Origin: Shigella phage ESh15
Strand: one strand, 5' to 3'
Sequence record: ON528725
DNA: 64,000 nt
The notes under the pieces were generated by a model. The model saw only the letters and a list, made by a program, of their open reading frames with translations. It had not been told where the DNA came from and ran no database searches. Every line of letters begins with the position of its first letter. Position 1 is the stretch's first letter. This document shows positions 51,916 to 59,909 of this stretch, in pieces. The translations under genes and the position numbers were made by a program.

Positions 51916-52524
51916 TCAGTAACTGACAATAGTCAGATTCCAGATTGTATAATTTCCGTCTTGAATAATAGAATCTACACGCAGTGTAGTCCCTATAGGG
52001 AGCATAAATTCACATTCGTCAGATATAAGTCTAGCATTAGACCGTCTTGTCGCTTCAGGGAAAGCTCCATTGAACTCACAAGATGGCGCAGCCAGAATCA
52101 TGTTAAGCATATGTTCACGGAAGTTGAAAGCAAATGGTGCATCTTTGATACAGAACATATTAAATGTTCCGTAAAAATTATACGAAGCGAAGTTACGTGC
52201 TACACCGAACACCGGGCTGAAGCTCATTACTCTGTCAAATTTAATAATACTACCAATGCCTTTATCAACGAGTGTGGCCATAGTTTTCTTAGAGATTCCA
52301 CGATACATTGTCTCAGGAACAGAAGACGTCCAATTTCTACGAACGATTGAACTTAACTCCTGTTGAATACAGTCTGGCTTGTTTTCCATACACTGCCACA
52401 GTATACTTTGTTCAATGTCGCTGAATTGACTATCAATTTCGTACTGCAATACATCTTGATATTCGGGGTTTTGAGCACGACGAACCATTTCTTCAATTTC
52501 ACACTCGTTATACGGCATAAACAT
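51916..52524 (-). CDS. ModA/ModB-type ADP-ribosyltransferase (single copy)
   Basis: 202 aa in mod position; YRGIS and ECEFMLP resemble the R-S-E ART signature. Confidence 0.6.
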   Translation of the reverse strand: MFMPYNECEIEEMVRRAQNPEYQDVLQYEIDSQFSDIEQSILWQCMENKPDCIQQELSSIVRRNWTSSVPETMYRGISKKTMATLVDKGIGSIIKFDRVMSFSPVFGVARNFASYNFYGTFNMFCIKDAPFAFNFREHMLNMILAAPSCEFNGAFPEATRRSNARLISDECEFMLPIGTTLRVDSIIQDGNYTIWNLTIVSY

Positions 52525-52932
52525 TTAGGTTTCTCCTGTGGTTGATAAAGGTATAGTATCATCATCGGAAGAGTTTGTACACTAAAAATTCAACATTTTT
52601 AAATGAATGATTTTGTATAATCGAGATAAAGGGTCATATTCTAAGTCTTCAATTTCCACAATCTCAAATCGAGAGATGCCTGAGACCATGTACTCTTGTT
52701 CAGATTGACATGTCATGATAGACCTCCATTTAAAGATAAGCCTATCATAACACGAGAGGAGGGAATGTAAACTACTTTTTAAGCTTTCCGACTAAAGGTC
52801 CATCAGGGCCAGGTTGTTCTATCATGAATAAGGATGCTTTAAGAAGCAATGCTAACCCTTTCACCATTCGATACCATATCTCAAAGTCCTTTTTCTTGGT
52901 TTCCACTAAGAATTGCTCTTTCAAATGCTCTT

Positions 52933-53121
52933 TCATTTCCAAGGACTCCATGGTGGTGGGTCGTCATAATAAGAGGCTAGGTCTTTCAGGACTTCTAATG
53001 GTAAACTAAAACCATGGCGTTGTATAATACTATCAATTTCATTGACAAGATCACCACGTTGTTCTTTAGGAGCCTTGACTTCAGGCTCATCAAACATACT
53101 CATCAAGTCCATATTATTCAC
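52933..53121 (-). CDS. hypothetical protein (62 aa)
   Basis: Track ORF. Confidence 0.35.
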   Translation of the reverse strand: MNNMDLMSMFDEPEVKAPKEQRGDLVNEIDSIIQRHGFSLPLEVLKDLASYYDDPPPWSPWK

Positions 53122-53578
53122 CGAGATAAAAACTAGCCGGTTCAGAGAATGTTTCTAGTGCTATACCTTTTGTCTTAAAAAATTTCCAAATAGCTCGTTG
53201 CAAATGGATTAAATCTGCTAATGATGTAATAAAGTATTTTTTGGCAAAATACTTATGGTCTCGCTTTTCAAACAGGTCTAAACGCTTTTCAGGATTCACA
53301 TAAACAGCATTTTCTGTAGATTCGTACCCTAAATCCTTTATGCCTTCTTCAAGACTAAACGGAGAATTTTTAGAATGAGTAATAGCTCCAACTCGCTCTA
53401 CACGAATTTTGTAACCTTTAGGAATCTGCAATTTGCAGAATTCTTCTACGATATATTGCGGATTATTTAGACTTTTGTTAATGAGAATAGCTATTTCTAG
53501 TGGAGTCTTATCTTCTACTGGTATATGTTTAAATGACTTGGCTTCAAGCAAATACATTTTAAATAACATAGCATCCAT
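53114..53578 (-). CDS. hypothetical protein (154 aa, mrh position)
   Basis: Track ORF. Confidence 0.4.
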   Translation of the reverse strand: MDAMLFKMYLLEAKSFKHIPVEDKTPLEIAILINKSLNNPQYIVEEFCKLQIPKGYKIRVERVGAITHSKNSPFSLEEGIKDLGYESTENAVYVNPEKRLDLFEKRDHKYFAKKYFITSLADLIHLQRAIWKFFKTKGIALETFSEPASFYLGE

Positions 53579-53784
53579 TATAATTTCCTCAATGGTTCAC
53601 CCATATAAAGTTTTACAATACGTTCGCCTTCATCTTCGACGAGCTTTTCTTCATGTTTCTGGAATTCTTTAGCCATATTCTCTTCAATAACATCCAGCCA
53701 ATCTTCTGGACCGACACCATCGTCCCAGCTTTTAAACCATTTAACTATCTTGTTCATTCGCAGCTCCCTGAGCTTGAACCACAA
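53578..53784 (-). CDS. hypothetical protein (68 aa)
   Basis: Track ORF. Confidence 0.35.
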   Translation of the reverse strand: MWFKLRELRMNKIVKWFKSWDDGVGPEDWLDVIEENMAKEFQKHEEKLVEDEGERIVKLYMGEPLRKL

Positions 53785-53954
53785 TCAGAATAACTTGACC
53801 CGGAATCACCAGGCCAAGACGATACGTATGAATGATTATAACTTGAAGAGCTTGAAGCATTAACCTGTTTTGTTTTTGGACGAATAACTTCTTCCATCAT
53901 GCCGTCACCAATGTATTCCCAACTTTTTTCATGTGTATCAGGAATAGGCATCAT
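53754..53954 (-). CDS. Ser-rich small protein with C-terminal Cys pair (about 67 aa)
   Basis: Start placed at internal MM to avoid overlap with the upstream gene; ...SSSSSYNHSYVSSWPGDSGSSYSDCGSSSGSCE. Confidence 0.3.
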   Translation of the reverse strand: MMPIPDTHEKSWEYIGDGMMEEVIRPKTKQVNASSSSSYNHSYVSSWPGDSGSSYSDCGSSSGSCE

Positions 53955-53967
53955 CCCTTCGCCTGGT

Positions 53968-54195
53968 TTAACAGCAAACAACTTCTTCAGTATCGTAAGC
54001 ATTAATTGTTCCTCGAACAAAACGAACACCACCATCATCCCAACGGATTTCGGCATTAAATTTGACGTCTTCACCATCCATCATGAATGAGTGTACGACT
54101 ACATCATCGTAATATCCAAGACCGTATTTCAACGAAACTTCTTGAGCAATCAAAGCACCTAATGTGTTATTAGGTTTAATCCAACGATTTAACAT
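53968..54195 (-). CDS. hypothetical protein (75 aa)
   Basis: Start placed at internal Met with RBS AGAGGAG. Confidence 0.4.
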   Translation of the reverse strand: MLNRWIKPNNTLGALIAQEVSLKYGLGYYDDVVVHSFMMDGEDVKFNAEIRWDDGGVRFVRGTINAYDTEEVVCC

Positions 54196-54260
54196 ATTGT
54201 TCTCCTCTTGAGTAAGTAAGAATATCTTAACACAGTTTTTAGTGGTTGTAAACTGTAGAA

Positions 54261-54288
54261 ACAAAAAAAGGAATCCCGAAGGATTCCT
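54261..54288 (-). terminator. intrinsic terminator downstream of soc
   Basis: AGGAAUCC-UUCG-GGAUUCCU hairpin followed by UUUUUUGU. Confidence 0.65.
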
Positions 54289-54296
54289 TAAATTAT

Positions 54297-54533
54297 TTAA
54301 CCACTTACTGGTGTAGGGGTAAACATTGCAGCGTTCTTAGTTTTCCAAGTTGCTGCATCAGAAACGACATCAGAATACGCTGCCTTTTCTGATGGAAAGA
54401 TTTGGTAATGAGAATCTGCAATCCGATGTTCGTTTGAATAAATCTCAAACGGAACAGAAACTTCCATACCTTTAACTTCTTTGCCTTCACCAGCAGGATG
54501 CGTAAAGGTTTTGATGTTTACATAACCACCCAT
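54297..54533 (-). CDS. soc: small outer capsid protein Soc
   Basis: 78 aa; GYVNIKTF and YQIFPSEKAAYS match recalled T4 Soc; RBS AAGGAG. Confidence 0.8.
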   Translation of the reverse strand: MGGYVNIKTFTHPAGEGKEVKGMEVSVPFEIYSNEHRIADSHYQIFPSEKAAYSDVVSDAATWKTKNAAMFTPTPVSG

Positions 54534-54565
54534 AATTAACTCCTTTGTTGTTTAATTACAGGTGT

Positions 54566-54573
54566 ATTTATAA
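54566..54573 (-). promoter_or_regulatory. late promoter TATAAATA for soc
   Basis: Exact TATAAATA on the minus strand about 30 nt upstream of the soc ATG. Confidence 0.65.
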
Positions 54574-54578
54574 CTTAA

Positions 54579-55100
54579 TTAGTAACCATTATCCTGACGT
54601 TCAAAGTTGTGTTGGTTTTTCAAGTAATACAGTTTAAAGATTTCTTCAGCCGAAAGACCTAGACCTTGGAACATATTCAGAACAAAGTGGAGGATATCAA
54701 TCATCTCGAATTTAATTTCAAGCTGGTCTTCAGGAGACAGTTCATCGATACGTCGATTTCGATATTCAGCATGTTGTGCTTTCCAAGGCTTCCATACACT
54801 GCTGGCGGCTTTTTCACCATTGCTCATACCACCAAGTGAAGTCAGCAGTTCACGGAATTCATCATCAATATAATCTTTCTGATTACGCAGCCAATCAACA
54901 ACATCACCAGCAGTAGCCAATTCATCAGGATGTTTGTTATGTTCAGGCTTGTCATTTGCCAGACGAACCTGTAAAGATTTCTGCATATCAAGCATAACTT
55001 GCAGTGGGTCTTTATCTTCGTGAATCAGAGCATTAAAATAAGCTTCTTCTGCTTTATCAACACCAGAAATAAGTTGTGAACATTCGTTAAAGTGTGCCAT
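54579..55100 (-). CDS. 56: dCTPase/dUTPase gp56
   Basis: Start placed at MAHFNEC (about 172 aa); close to recalled T4 gp56. Confidence 0.9.
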   Translation of the reverse strand: MAHFNECSQLISGVDKAEEAYFNALIHEDKDPLQVMLDMQKSLQVRLANDKPEHNKHPDELATAGDVVDWLRNQKDYIDDEFRELLTSLGGMSNGEKAASSVWKPWKAQHAEYRNRRIDELSPEDQLEIKFEMIDILHFVLNMFQGLGLSAEEIFKLYYLKNQHNFERQDNGY

Positions 55101-55189
55101 TATTTTTCCTTTCAATTCAGTAATAAGTGAGTTAATTCTAACATTAATTTTATAAAGCGTAATAAATAATAGGTAACTAAGGAGATATT

Positions 55190-55387
55190 ATGTTTAAACT
55201 TCCATCGTTAATCAACGCTATTAAAGGCAATAAAAAGAAAACTGCTATCGCTGCAATAGTTGTAGGCGGCATTATTTCATGGAACTTCGGGATTGCACCA
55301 TTGTTAGTTGCCCATGGTGTTATAGTTCCTTCTGTTCCATTGGATACTGTAGTTGATTTGGCCTTTGCTATTATAGGGCTTGTTTAA
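55190..55387 (+). CDS. small hydrophobic membrane protein (65 aa), opposite strand to neighbours
   Basis: Strong RBS TAAGGAGA 6 nt before ATG; hydrophobic core AIAAIVVGGIISWNFGIAPLLVAHGVIV; sits between 56 and 61. Confidence 0.4.
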   Translation: MFKLPSLINAIKGNKKKTAIAAIVVGGIISWNFGIAPLLVAHGVIVPSVPLDTVVDLAFAIIGLV

Positions 55388-56406
55388 ATCTTCGAATAAC
55401 GAGATAATCTCATTTTAGCATGCAACCCACTTGAAATATTCTGTTTCATATATTCTAAAATTTCTTGTGGTGTTGCATTTTCTTTCATTACCATATCATT
55501 CACATCCTTTGATCTCCACGGAGCTCGGTCCCAGAACATGACACGTTCGCCTGCATCAACTAATCGCTTCATGCGAGCTATAGTATCCGGATGCCTAGGT
55601 TCATTATCCATTACCCATACCCGACGTTCTTTAAATGGTACCACATCTAAATCTATTGAGCCGCCTGTAATAGCGATTGCATTGGGTATGAATAAACTAT
55701 CAATAGGGCCTTCCATTACCCAGACGTCTCCTTCCTTAACACGTTCAACACCATAAATTTTTGTTGCAGACTCAAACGCTTTAATAGTGATATATTTTTG
55801 AGGAGCATCTTTGCGAAGTGCACGTCCTTGGAATGACTCGGCCTTCCCGTCTTTATTAAAAATAGGAATCACTAAACGTGGTTCGGGAATCTCTTTCTTA
55901 TACGTACCAGGTTGAATCTTGTTGACCAATTTAGGCCATTCTAGTGTGAACCATAATCTGTTCCACGATTCTTTAGGAATACACCGAGACTTAACATATT
56001 TCACAATAGGATGCTCTTCAGGCAGCTTGTCCAGACGAGAACAAGACGGCAAAGAATTTATAGTCTTTTTCTCCGGTTCTGGTTTATGTTCAGGAACCTT
56101 TTCAATCTTTGGTTCCATTCTAGCTTTTTCTTTACGAACTTCCATTAGATACTCACGATAAAGCTCTTCATCATACTCTTTTAAGTATCCGGAAATCGTA
56201 TTATGATATTGGCAGTTATAGCAATGCACATTACCTGGAGTACCGCCATAATACCATCCGCGAGCTTTCATTGCATCTGTCTGGGAGTCGCCACAAACTG
56301 GACATCGAAATGTTAATTTAAATGTGCTTGAATTATTGATTTGTCTAAAACGAGGTAGGTGAGAAAACGCACGATAAGCAAATTCATTATCTATCCATTC
56401 AGCCAT
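55384..56406 (-). CDS. 61: DNA primase gp61
   Basis: Start placed at MAEWIDNEFAYRA (about 340 aa); zinc ribbon CPVCGDS...CYNC and TOPRIM; close to recalled T4 gp61. Confidence 0.92.
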   Translation of the reverse strand: MAEWIDNEFAYRAFSHLPRFRQINNSSTFKLTFRCPVCGDSQTDAMKARGWYYGGTPGNVHCYNCQYHNTISGYLKEYDEELYREYLMEVRKEKARMEPKIEKVPEHKPEPEKKTINSLPSCSRLDKLPEEHPIVKYVKSRCIPKESWNRLWFTLEWPKLVNKIQPGTYKKEIPEPRLVIPIFNKDGKAESFQGRALRKDAPQKYITIKAFESATKIYGVERVKEGDVWVMEGPIDSLFIPNAIAITGGSIDLDVVPFKERRVWVMDNEPRHPDTIARMKRLVDAGERVMFWDRAPWRSKDVNDMVMKENATPQEILEYMKQNISSGLHAKMRLSRYSKI

Positions 56407-56443
56407 AGTATTCTCCAGAGGCCTTATTAATAAGGCCATCATA

Positions 56444-56938
56444 TCACAACTTATTGATATTTACTTTAATTCGCTTTCTTTTCTTGGAAGGAATTTGTTC
56501 TGGACCTTTATTTACGACTGCACCTGTAGTTGTTCCTGATGCAATAGCTTGAGGGCTGCCACCTGAATCGCCAGCAACCATATCCTCAAATAAAGGGAGT
56601 TCTTTAAATATTTCTTTCTGCTGTTCTTCTGTAATGTTATAGCGGGATGCTACAGCACTCCAGGCAGACATCATTGAGGCCATTCCATTAAGACCAGGAA
56701 CAGTACTCATCATTCGCTTCATTGAACGAACTGAAGCATGAAAAGGTGTATAAGCCGCTTTCTCTTCAGGAGTAGAAGGACGTTTAAGAACACTTCCACG
56801 TTCGTCGATTATTTTGGCTTCGTACGCTTTCCATTCTGTAAAAGGTTTTTGCATTAGTCGAATAAACTTATACGCATAAACTGAATCTATTGCAGTGTTA
56901 ATAATACCCATAGGTACCTCCTGAGTATATTTAATCAA
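56444..56938 (-). CDS. hypothetical protein (164 aa, 61.1 position)
   Basis: Track ORF immediately upstream of primase. Confidence 0.45.
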   Translation of the reverse strand: MIKYTQEVPMGIINTAIDSVYAYKFIRLMQKPFTEWKAYEAKIIDERGSVLKRPSTPEEKAAYTPFHASVRSMKRMMSTVPGLNGMASMMSAWSAVASRYNITEEQQKEIFKELPLFEDMVAGDSGGSPQAIASGTTTGAVVNKGPEQIPSKKRKRIKVNINKL

Positions 56939-57128
56939 TCACAAAGATCGCTTTATCACCGTTCGCATCTGTGACTTCATATGTAGTGTCTTCATAGTGT
57001 GGAATATTCCAAATTACACCATCATTAGCTTTTACGCTAATATGGCATTGGTGTTTTGAAACAACTTCATAATCTTCAAAACTTGTAAAAACACTAATTT
57101 TAGAACCAGTGCAAATTGCAGTAGTCAT
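56931..57128 (-). CDS. hypothetical protein (65 aa)
   Basis: Track ORF. Confidence 0.35.
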   Translation of the reverse strand: MTTAICTGSKISVFTSFEDYEVVSKHQCHISVKANDGVIWNIPHYEDTTYEVTDANGDKAIFVID

Positions 57129-57129
57129 T

Positions 57130-57789
57130 TTAACCTCGATTCATAAATGCATTAAATATTTGGTCATCAACAGAAATTTCTAATTCGACTTCAATTGCTT
57201 CAGCCTTTTCTTCAGGTGGTAATTCGTATCCACACACTACAATTTTTTCATCGATATCAAAATATACAGAAGCAATACGATTAATGTTACTTTCAGTTAA
57301 GTCTAAATCAACATCAACATCTTTTTGACCTACACTTAAAGGATAACTAATACGAGTTATTTTATTATCTTTAACAAAGAGTCCACCAACATACTCTGTA
57401 CTACGTTTGAAGTTTACACGTTTCCGAATTGAAAGATATGATACATCTTTACCGTGAGCTCGGCTCATAGGACATAATGAATAACTAGAATAAGAGATAT
57501 CAAATCCTACGCCTTCAACATGTGCCAGAGTATCATGAGTAAACCAATTATAGTCGTATGCCAAATCCATTAAATTATAATATGTGAACGGAACTGGATT
57601 AACGTCATACGTTGTACCTTTAAAATCTGCCCAGGCAACGATTTCGTTATCTTTAACAATTACAAAAATTACACCAATATGGTATCCGTTATTATTTTCA
57701 TTCGGCGTTATATTATAACATTGTGCATTAGGAAATTTACCATATTTAAACGGTGCGTTTTTGTGCATATAATAAAGCATATTATTCAC
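57130..57789 (-). CDS. protein at 61.2 position (possible AdfA anti-DarT factor homologue)
   Basis: 219 aa ORF immediately downstream of spackle, the position of T4 61.2; assignment by synteny and size only. Confidence 0.4.
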   Translation of the reverse strand: MNNMLYYMHKNAPFKYGKFPNAQCYNITPNENNNGYHIGVIFVIVKDNEIVAWADFKGTTYDVNPVPFTYYNLMDLAYDYNWFTHDTLAHVEGVGFDISYSSYSLCPMSRAHGKDVSYLSIRKRVNFKRSTEYVGGLFVKDNKITRISYPLSVGQKDVDVDLDLTESNINRIASVYFDIDEKIVVCGYELPPEEKAEAIEVELEISVDDQIFNAFMNRG

Positions 57790-58075
57790 CTGTGATTTCG
57801 GTTACGATATCTTTGTTATCGAAATTAGGGTCACAATACAAAACATAGTTGTACTGCATGATACCACCAGACTTAAGTTGTTCAACAACTTTATTAACCA
57901 TATTAGGACGGTCTCGTTTAGTGATGTTCATGATATCAGAGAAGATTTGTTGTTCAACATCTTCTTGATTTGCAGTCATTGACCACTCACAGAGGTCTTT
58001 ATCATAACCTGCCGTAACTGGAGCCGGTGCACATGATACTGCAAGTAAGATTGCTGCCAATGATAACTTTTTCAT
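57782..58075 (-). CDS. sp: Spackle periplasmic protein (61.3)
   Basis: 97 aa with signal peptide; GYDKDLCEWSMTA, DIMNI.KRDRP and LKSGG.MQYNYVLYCD match recalled T4 Sp. Confidence 0.75.
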   Translation of the reverse strand: MKKLSLAAILLAVSCAPAPVTAGYDKDLCEWSMTANQEDVEQQIFSDIMNITKRDRPNMVNKVVEQLKSGGIMQYNYVLYCDPNFDNKDIVTEITGE

Positions 58076-58104
58076 TTTAACTCCTTAGTTGATTTGATAG
58101 GACT

Positions 58105-58134
58105 ACTATACTATAGTCCATCTATAATGTAAAC
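58105..58134 (-). promoter_or_regulatory. early promoter for sp
   Basis: Plus-strand actata at 58105-58110 and gtaaac at 58129-58134. Confidence 0.45.
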
Positions 58135-58138
58135 AAGT

Positions 58139-58387
58139 TTATTCTTTTTCGCGAATAATAATTACTTGTTGAGGCTGCTGAGCAGATTTCTTTTCGGCAA
58201 CGATAGACCAAATTAAAGTTCCAATCCAACCAACCATCGTCCAGTTAAAGAGCAAAGATACAAAGAAGATTGCTGTTGTGCTTTTTGTGCCACGAATAAG
58301 TGCGATTACCCAAGGCAACATGTAAATAATGATTGAACCAATACCTGCGATTAAAACTGCTACTGAACTAGCTACGAATAATTCCAT
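58139..58387 (-). CDS. Imm-like superinfection immunity family membrane protein
   Basis: 82 aa, two hydrophobic segments; LPWVIALIRG...LLFNWTMVGWIGTLIWSI resembles the GWT..GW signature of that family. Confidence 0.5.
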   Translation of the reverse strand: MELFVASSVAVLIAGIGSIIIYMLPWVIALIRGTKSTTAIFFVSLLFNWTMVGWIGTLIWSIVAEKKSAQQPQQVIIIREKE

Positions 58388-58415
58388 GTTAATTTCCTCT
58401 TGATTTGTTATGTTT

Positions 58416-58445
58416 ATAATATCTTGTTTTAACTTTGATGTAAAC
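58416..58445 (-). promoter_or_regulatory. early promoter for Imm-like gene
   Basis: Plus-strand ataata at 58416-58421 and gtaaac at 58440-58445. Confidence 0.45.
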
Positions 58446-58448
58446 CAA

Positions 58449-58817
58449 TTAATTAAATTTGTTTAAACGTTCAATACACTGGACGTAGTTATTCGCGATT
58501 TGTTTCTGGGTAGGCTCTTTACCAGTTGTTTCAACATAGCGAATGAATGCGATTTCAGTAGCCTGTAAGCAATGTTCTTTAACGCGTTGTTCTTTTGACA
58601 ATGCTACAGTATCAGAATCACGATAACGTTGAGCATGGGCATCAGCTTGAATCATTCGATTACCTACAGTAACCGGGTCTTCCACTTCAACTTTAGGTTG
58701 GTTGTACTGTTTAACATTCGGGTTATAAATCAATTGGCCGACGTTATTAGGGATAAAGCCATGAGCACCACATCCAGTTAATCCGAATACCATTGCTAAA
58801 GCGATTAATTTTTTCAT
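58449..58817 (-). CDS. lipoprotein (122 aa)
   Basis: Signal peptide with lipobox LTGC (MKKLIALAMVFGLTGC); own promoter at 58846-58875. Confidence 0.55.
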   Translation of the reverse strand: MKKLIALAMVFGLTGCGAHGFIPNNVGQLIYNPNVKQYNQPKVEVEDPVTVGNRMIQADAHAQRYRDSDTVALSKEQRVKEHCLQATEIAFIRYVETTGKEPTQKQIANNYVQCIERLNKFN

Positions 58818-58845
58818 TTCAATTTCCTCTGTAGTTGATAGAAAG

Positions 58846-58875
58846 ATAGTAACACAGTATGTGGTGCTTGTAAAC
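58846..58875 (-). promoter_or_regulatory. early promoter for lipoprotein gene
   Basis: Plus-strand atagta at 58846-58851 and gtaaac at 58870-58875. Confidence 0.45.
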
Positions 58876-58888
58876 AGCTATTTTAAAA

Positions 58889-59098
58889 TTATCGAAAATC
58901 TGCTTCAAAAACTTTCTCGTCATTAATAAATGCTTTAACTAACGCGTTGTTCACTTCAGCAAGTTGTACCGTAACCCACTCGATTTCTTCACGATCACCT
59001 GATAACATGATATCTTTAGTGAACATCTCACCGCTTTTAAACCAGCCAATAAAAGTAACTTTAGTTAATTTGCCCATATTTCCTCGCAAAATGCCCAT
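58889..59098 (-). CDS. hypothetical protein (about 62-69 aa)
   Basis: Track ORF overlapping the 3' end of the Arr-like gene; start probably internal. Confidence 0.3.
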   Translation of the reverse strand: MGILRGNMGKLTKVTFIGWFKSGEMFTKDIMLSGDREEIEWVTVQLAEVNNALVKAFINDEKVFEADFR

Positions 59099-59391
59099 TC
59101 AGCATGATAAACTGTAGCACCTTTAGTATCATTCATTTGAACTACGTCTACCGGAGAAATTACTCGATAGAGACGTGGTTCGCCTCCATAAGAGCGTGCT
59201 GCTCGTCCTGCATAAATCTTTGCTAAACCGATATCTTCAGTAAAAAATACACGATTCAAGTTTTTCTTACGCCCGGTTTCAGACAGAACTCCTGTTTCTT
59301 CAGGAGGACAAAGCATGTTTTTGATGTTAGCTGAACTACTTGAACCGTGATAAAAAATCTTAAATTCTGCTTTACAATCGATGGTTTTCAT
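59065..59391 (-). CDS. minimal Arr-like (H-Y-E class) ADP-ribosyltransferase fold protein
   Basis: 108 aa; FYHGS, RVFFTEDIGLAKIYAGRAA and RLYRVISPVD align with my recollection of Arr blocks FYHGT, HIYFSALMEPAVWGAELA, GYIYIVEPTG; RBS GGAGA. Confidence 0.5.
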   Translation of the reverse strand: MKTIDCKAEFKIFYHGSSSSANIKNMLCPPEETGVLSETGRKKNLNRVFFTEDIGLAKIYAGRAARSYGGEPRLYRVISPVDVVQMNDTKGATVYHAEWAFCEEIWAN

Positions 59392-59409
59392 TTTGTTCTC
59401 CAGTAGTTG

Positions 59410-59446
59410 ATAGGTCTATAATAACACAACTACTGGAGAAGTAAAC
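59410..59446 (-). promoter_or_regulatory. early promoter inside a perfect 10-bp inverted repeat (PeSL-like cassette)
   Basis: CCAGTAGTTG at 59400-59409 and CAACTACTGG at 59427-59436 flank the -10; gtaaac at 59441-59446. Confidence 0.5.
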
Positions 59447-59821
59447 TTAAAAACGTAATTTATATATATCTGCGTTGATTTCGTTTTGGTTTGCGTCGTA
59501 TGCAATTAAACGAACCGCTTTAAATGGGTCATTCAATGCATAGAAATGATGGAACATTGCTCGAACGATATCACCATTTACGAGTTCTACCTGGATAGGA
59601 GAACCTTTTTCGAGTTGGAAATGTTCATAAGCTTTGATGGTTCGCAGATAATCAAGTTTTTGATTTCCGGCTCCAACGATTTGTACGATACGTTTGCCCA
59701 TGTTTTCCATACGAGATACAATAGTTTTAGGAGCAAGAATAACGTAGGTTGCCAATGGAGAAACTACTTCAACAGTTGTGTTTTCGGTGATTGCAGTAAA
59801 AATTGCTTGAGACATATTCAT
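59447..59821 (-). CDS. hypothetical protein (124 aa)
   Basis: Track ORF; RBS AAGAGGAAA; own promoter cassette at 59851-59880. Confidence 0.45.
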   Translation of the reverse strand: MNMSQAIFTAITENTTVEVVSPLATYVILAPKTIVSRMENMGKRIVQIVGAGNQKLDYLRTIKAYEHFQLEKGSPIQVELVNGDIVRAMFHHFYALNDPFKAVRLIAYDANQNEINADIYKLRF

Positions 59822-59883
59822 AATGTTTTCCTCTTGGTTGGTGTAAGTACATCATATCATGCCTAGAGGAAGATGTAAACCCC

Positions 59884-59903
59884 GAAAGGAGACCGAAGTC
59901 TCC
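59884..59903 (-). terminator. hairpin downstream of gene 41 (weak U-tract)
   Basis: GGAGAC-UUCG-GUCUCC hairpin 7 nt after the gene 41 stop. Confidence 0.4.
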
Positions 59904-59909
59904 TTTTTA

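Noticed and set aside
51871-52350. 159-aa plus-strand ORF
   Set aside because: Antisense to the mod ADP-ribosyltransferase gene; shadow ORF.
55101-55383. dam DNA adenine methyltransferase expected between 56 and 61
   Set aside because: Only 283 bp separate the two genes and no methyltransferase motifs are present; dam is absent from this locus.
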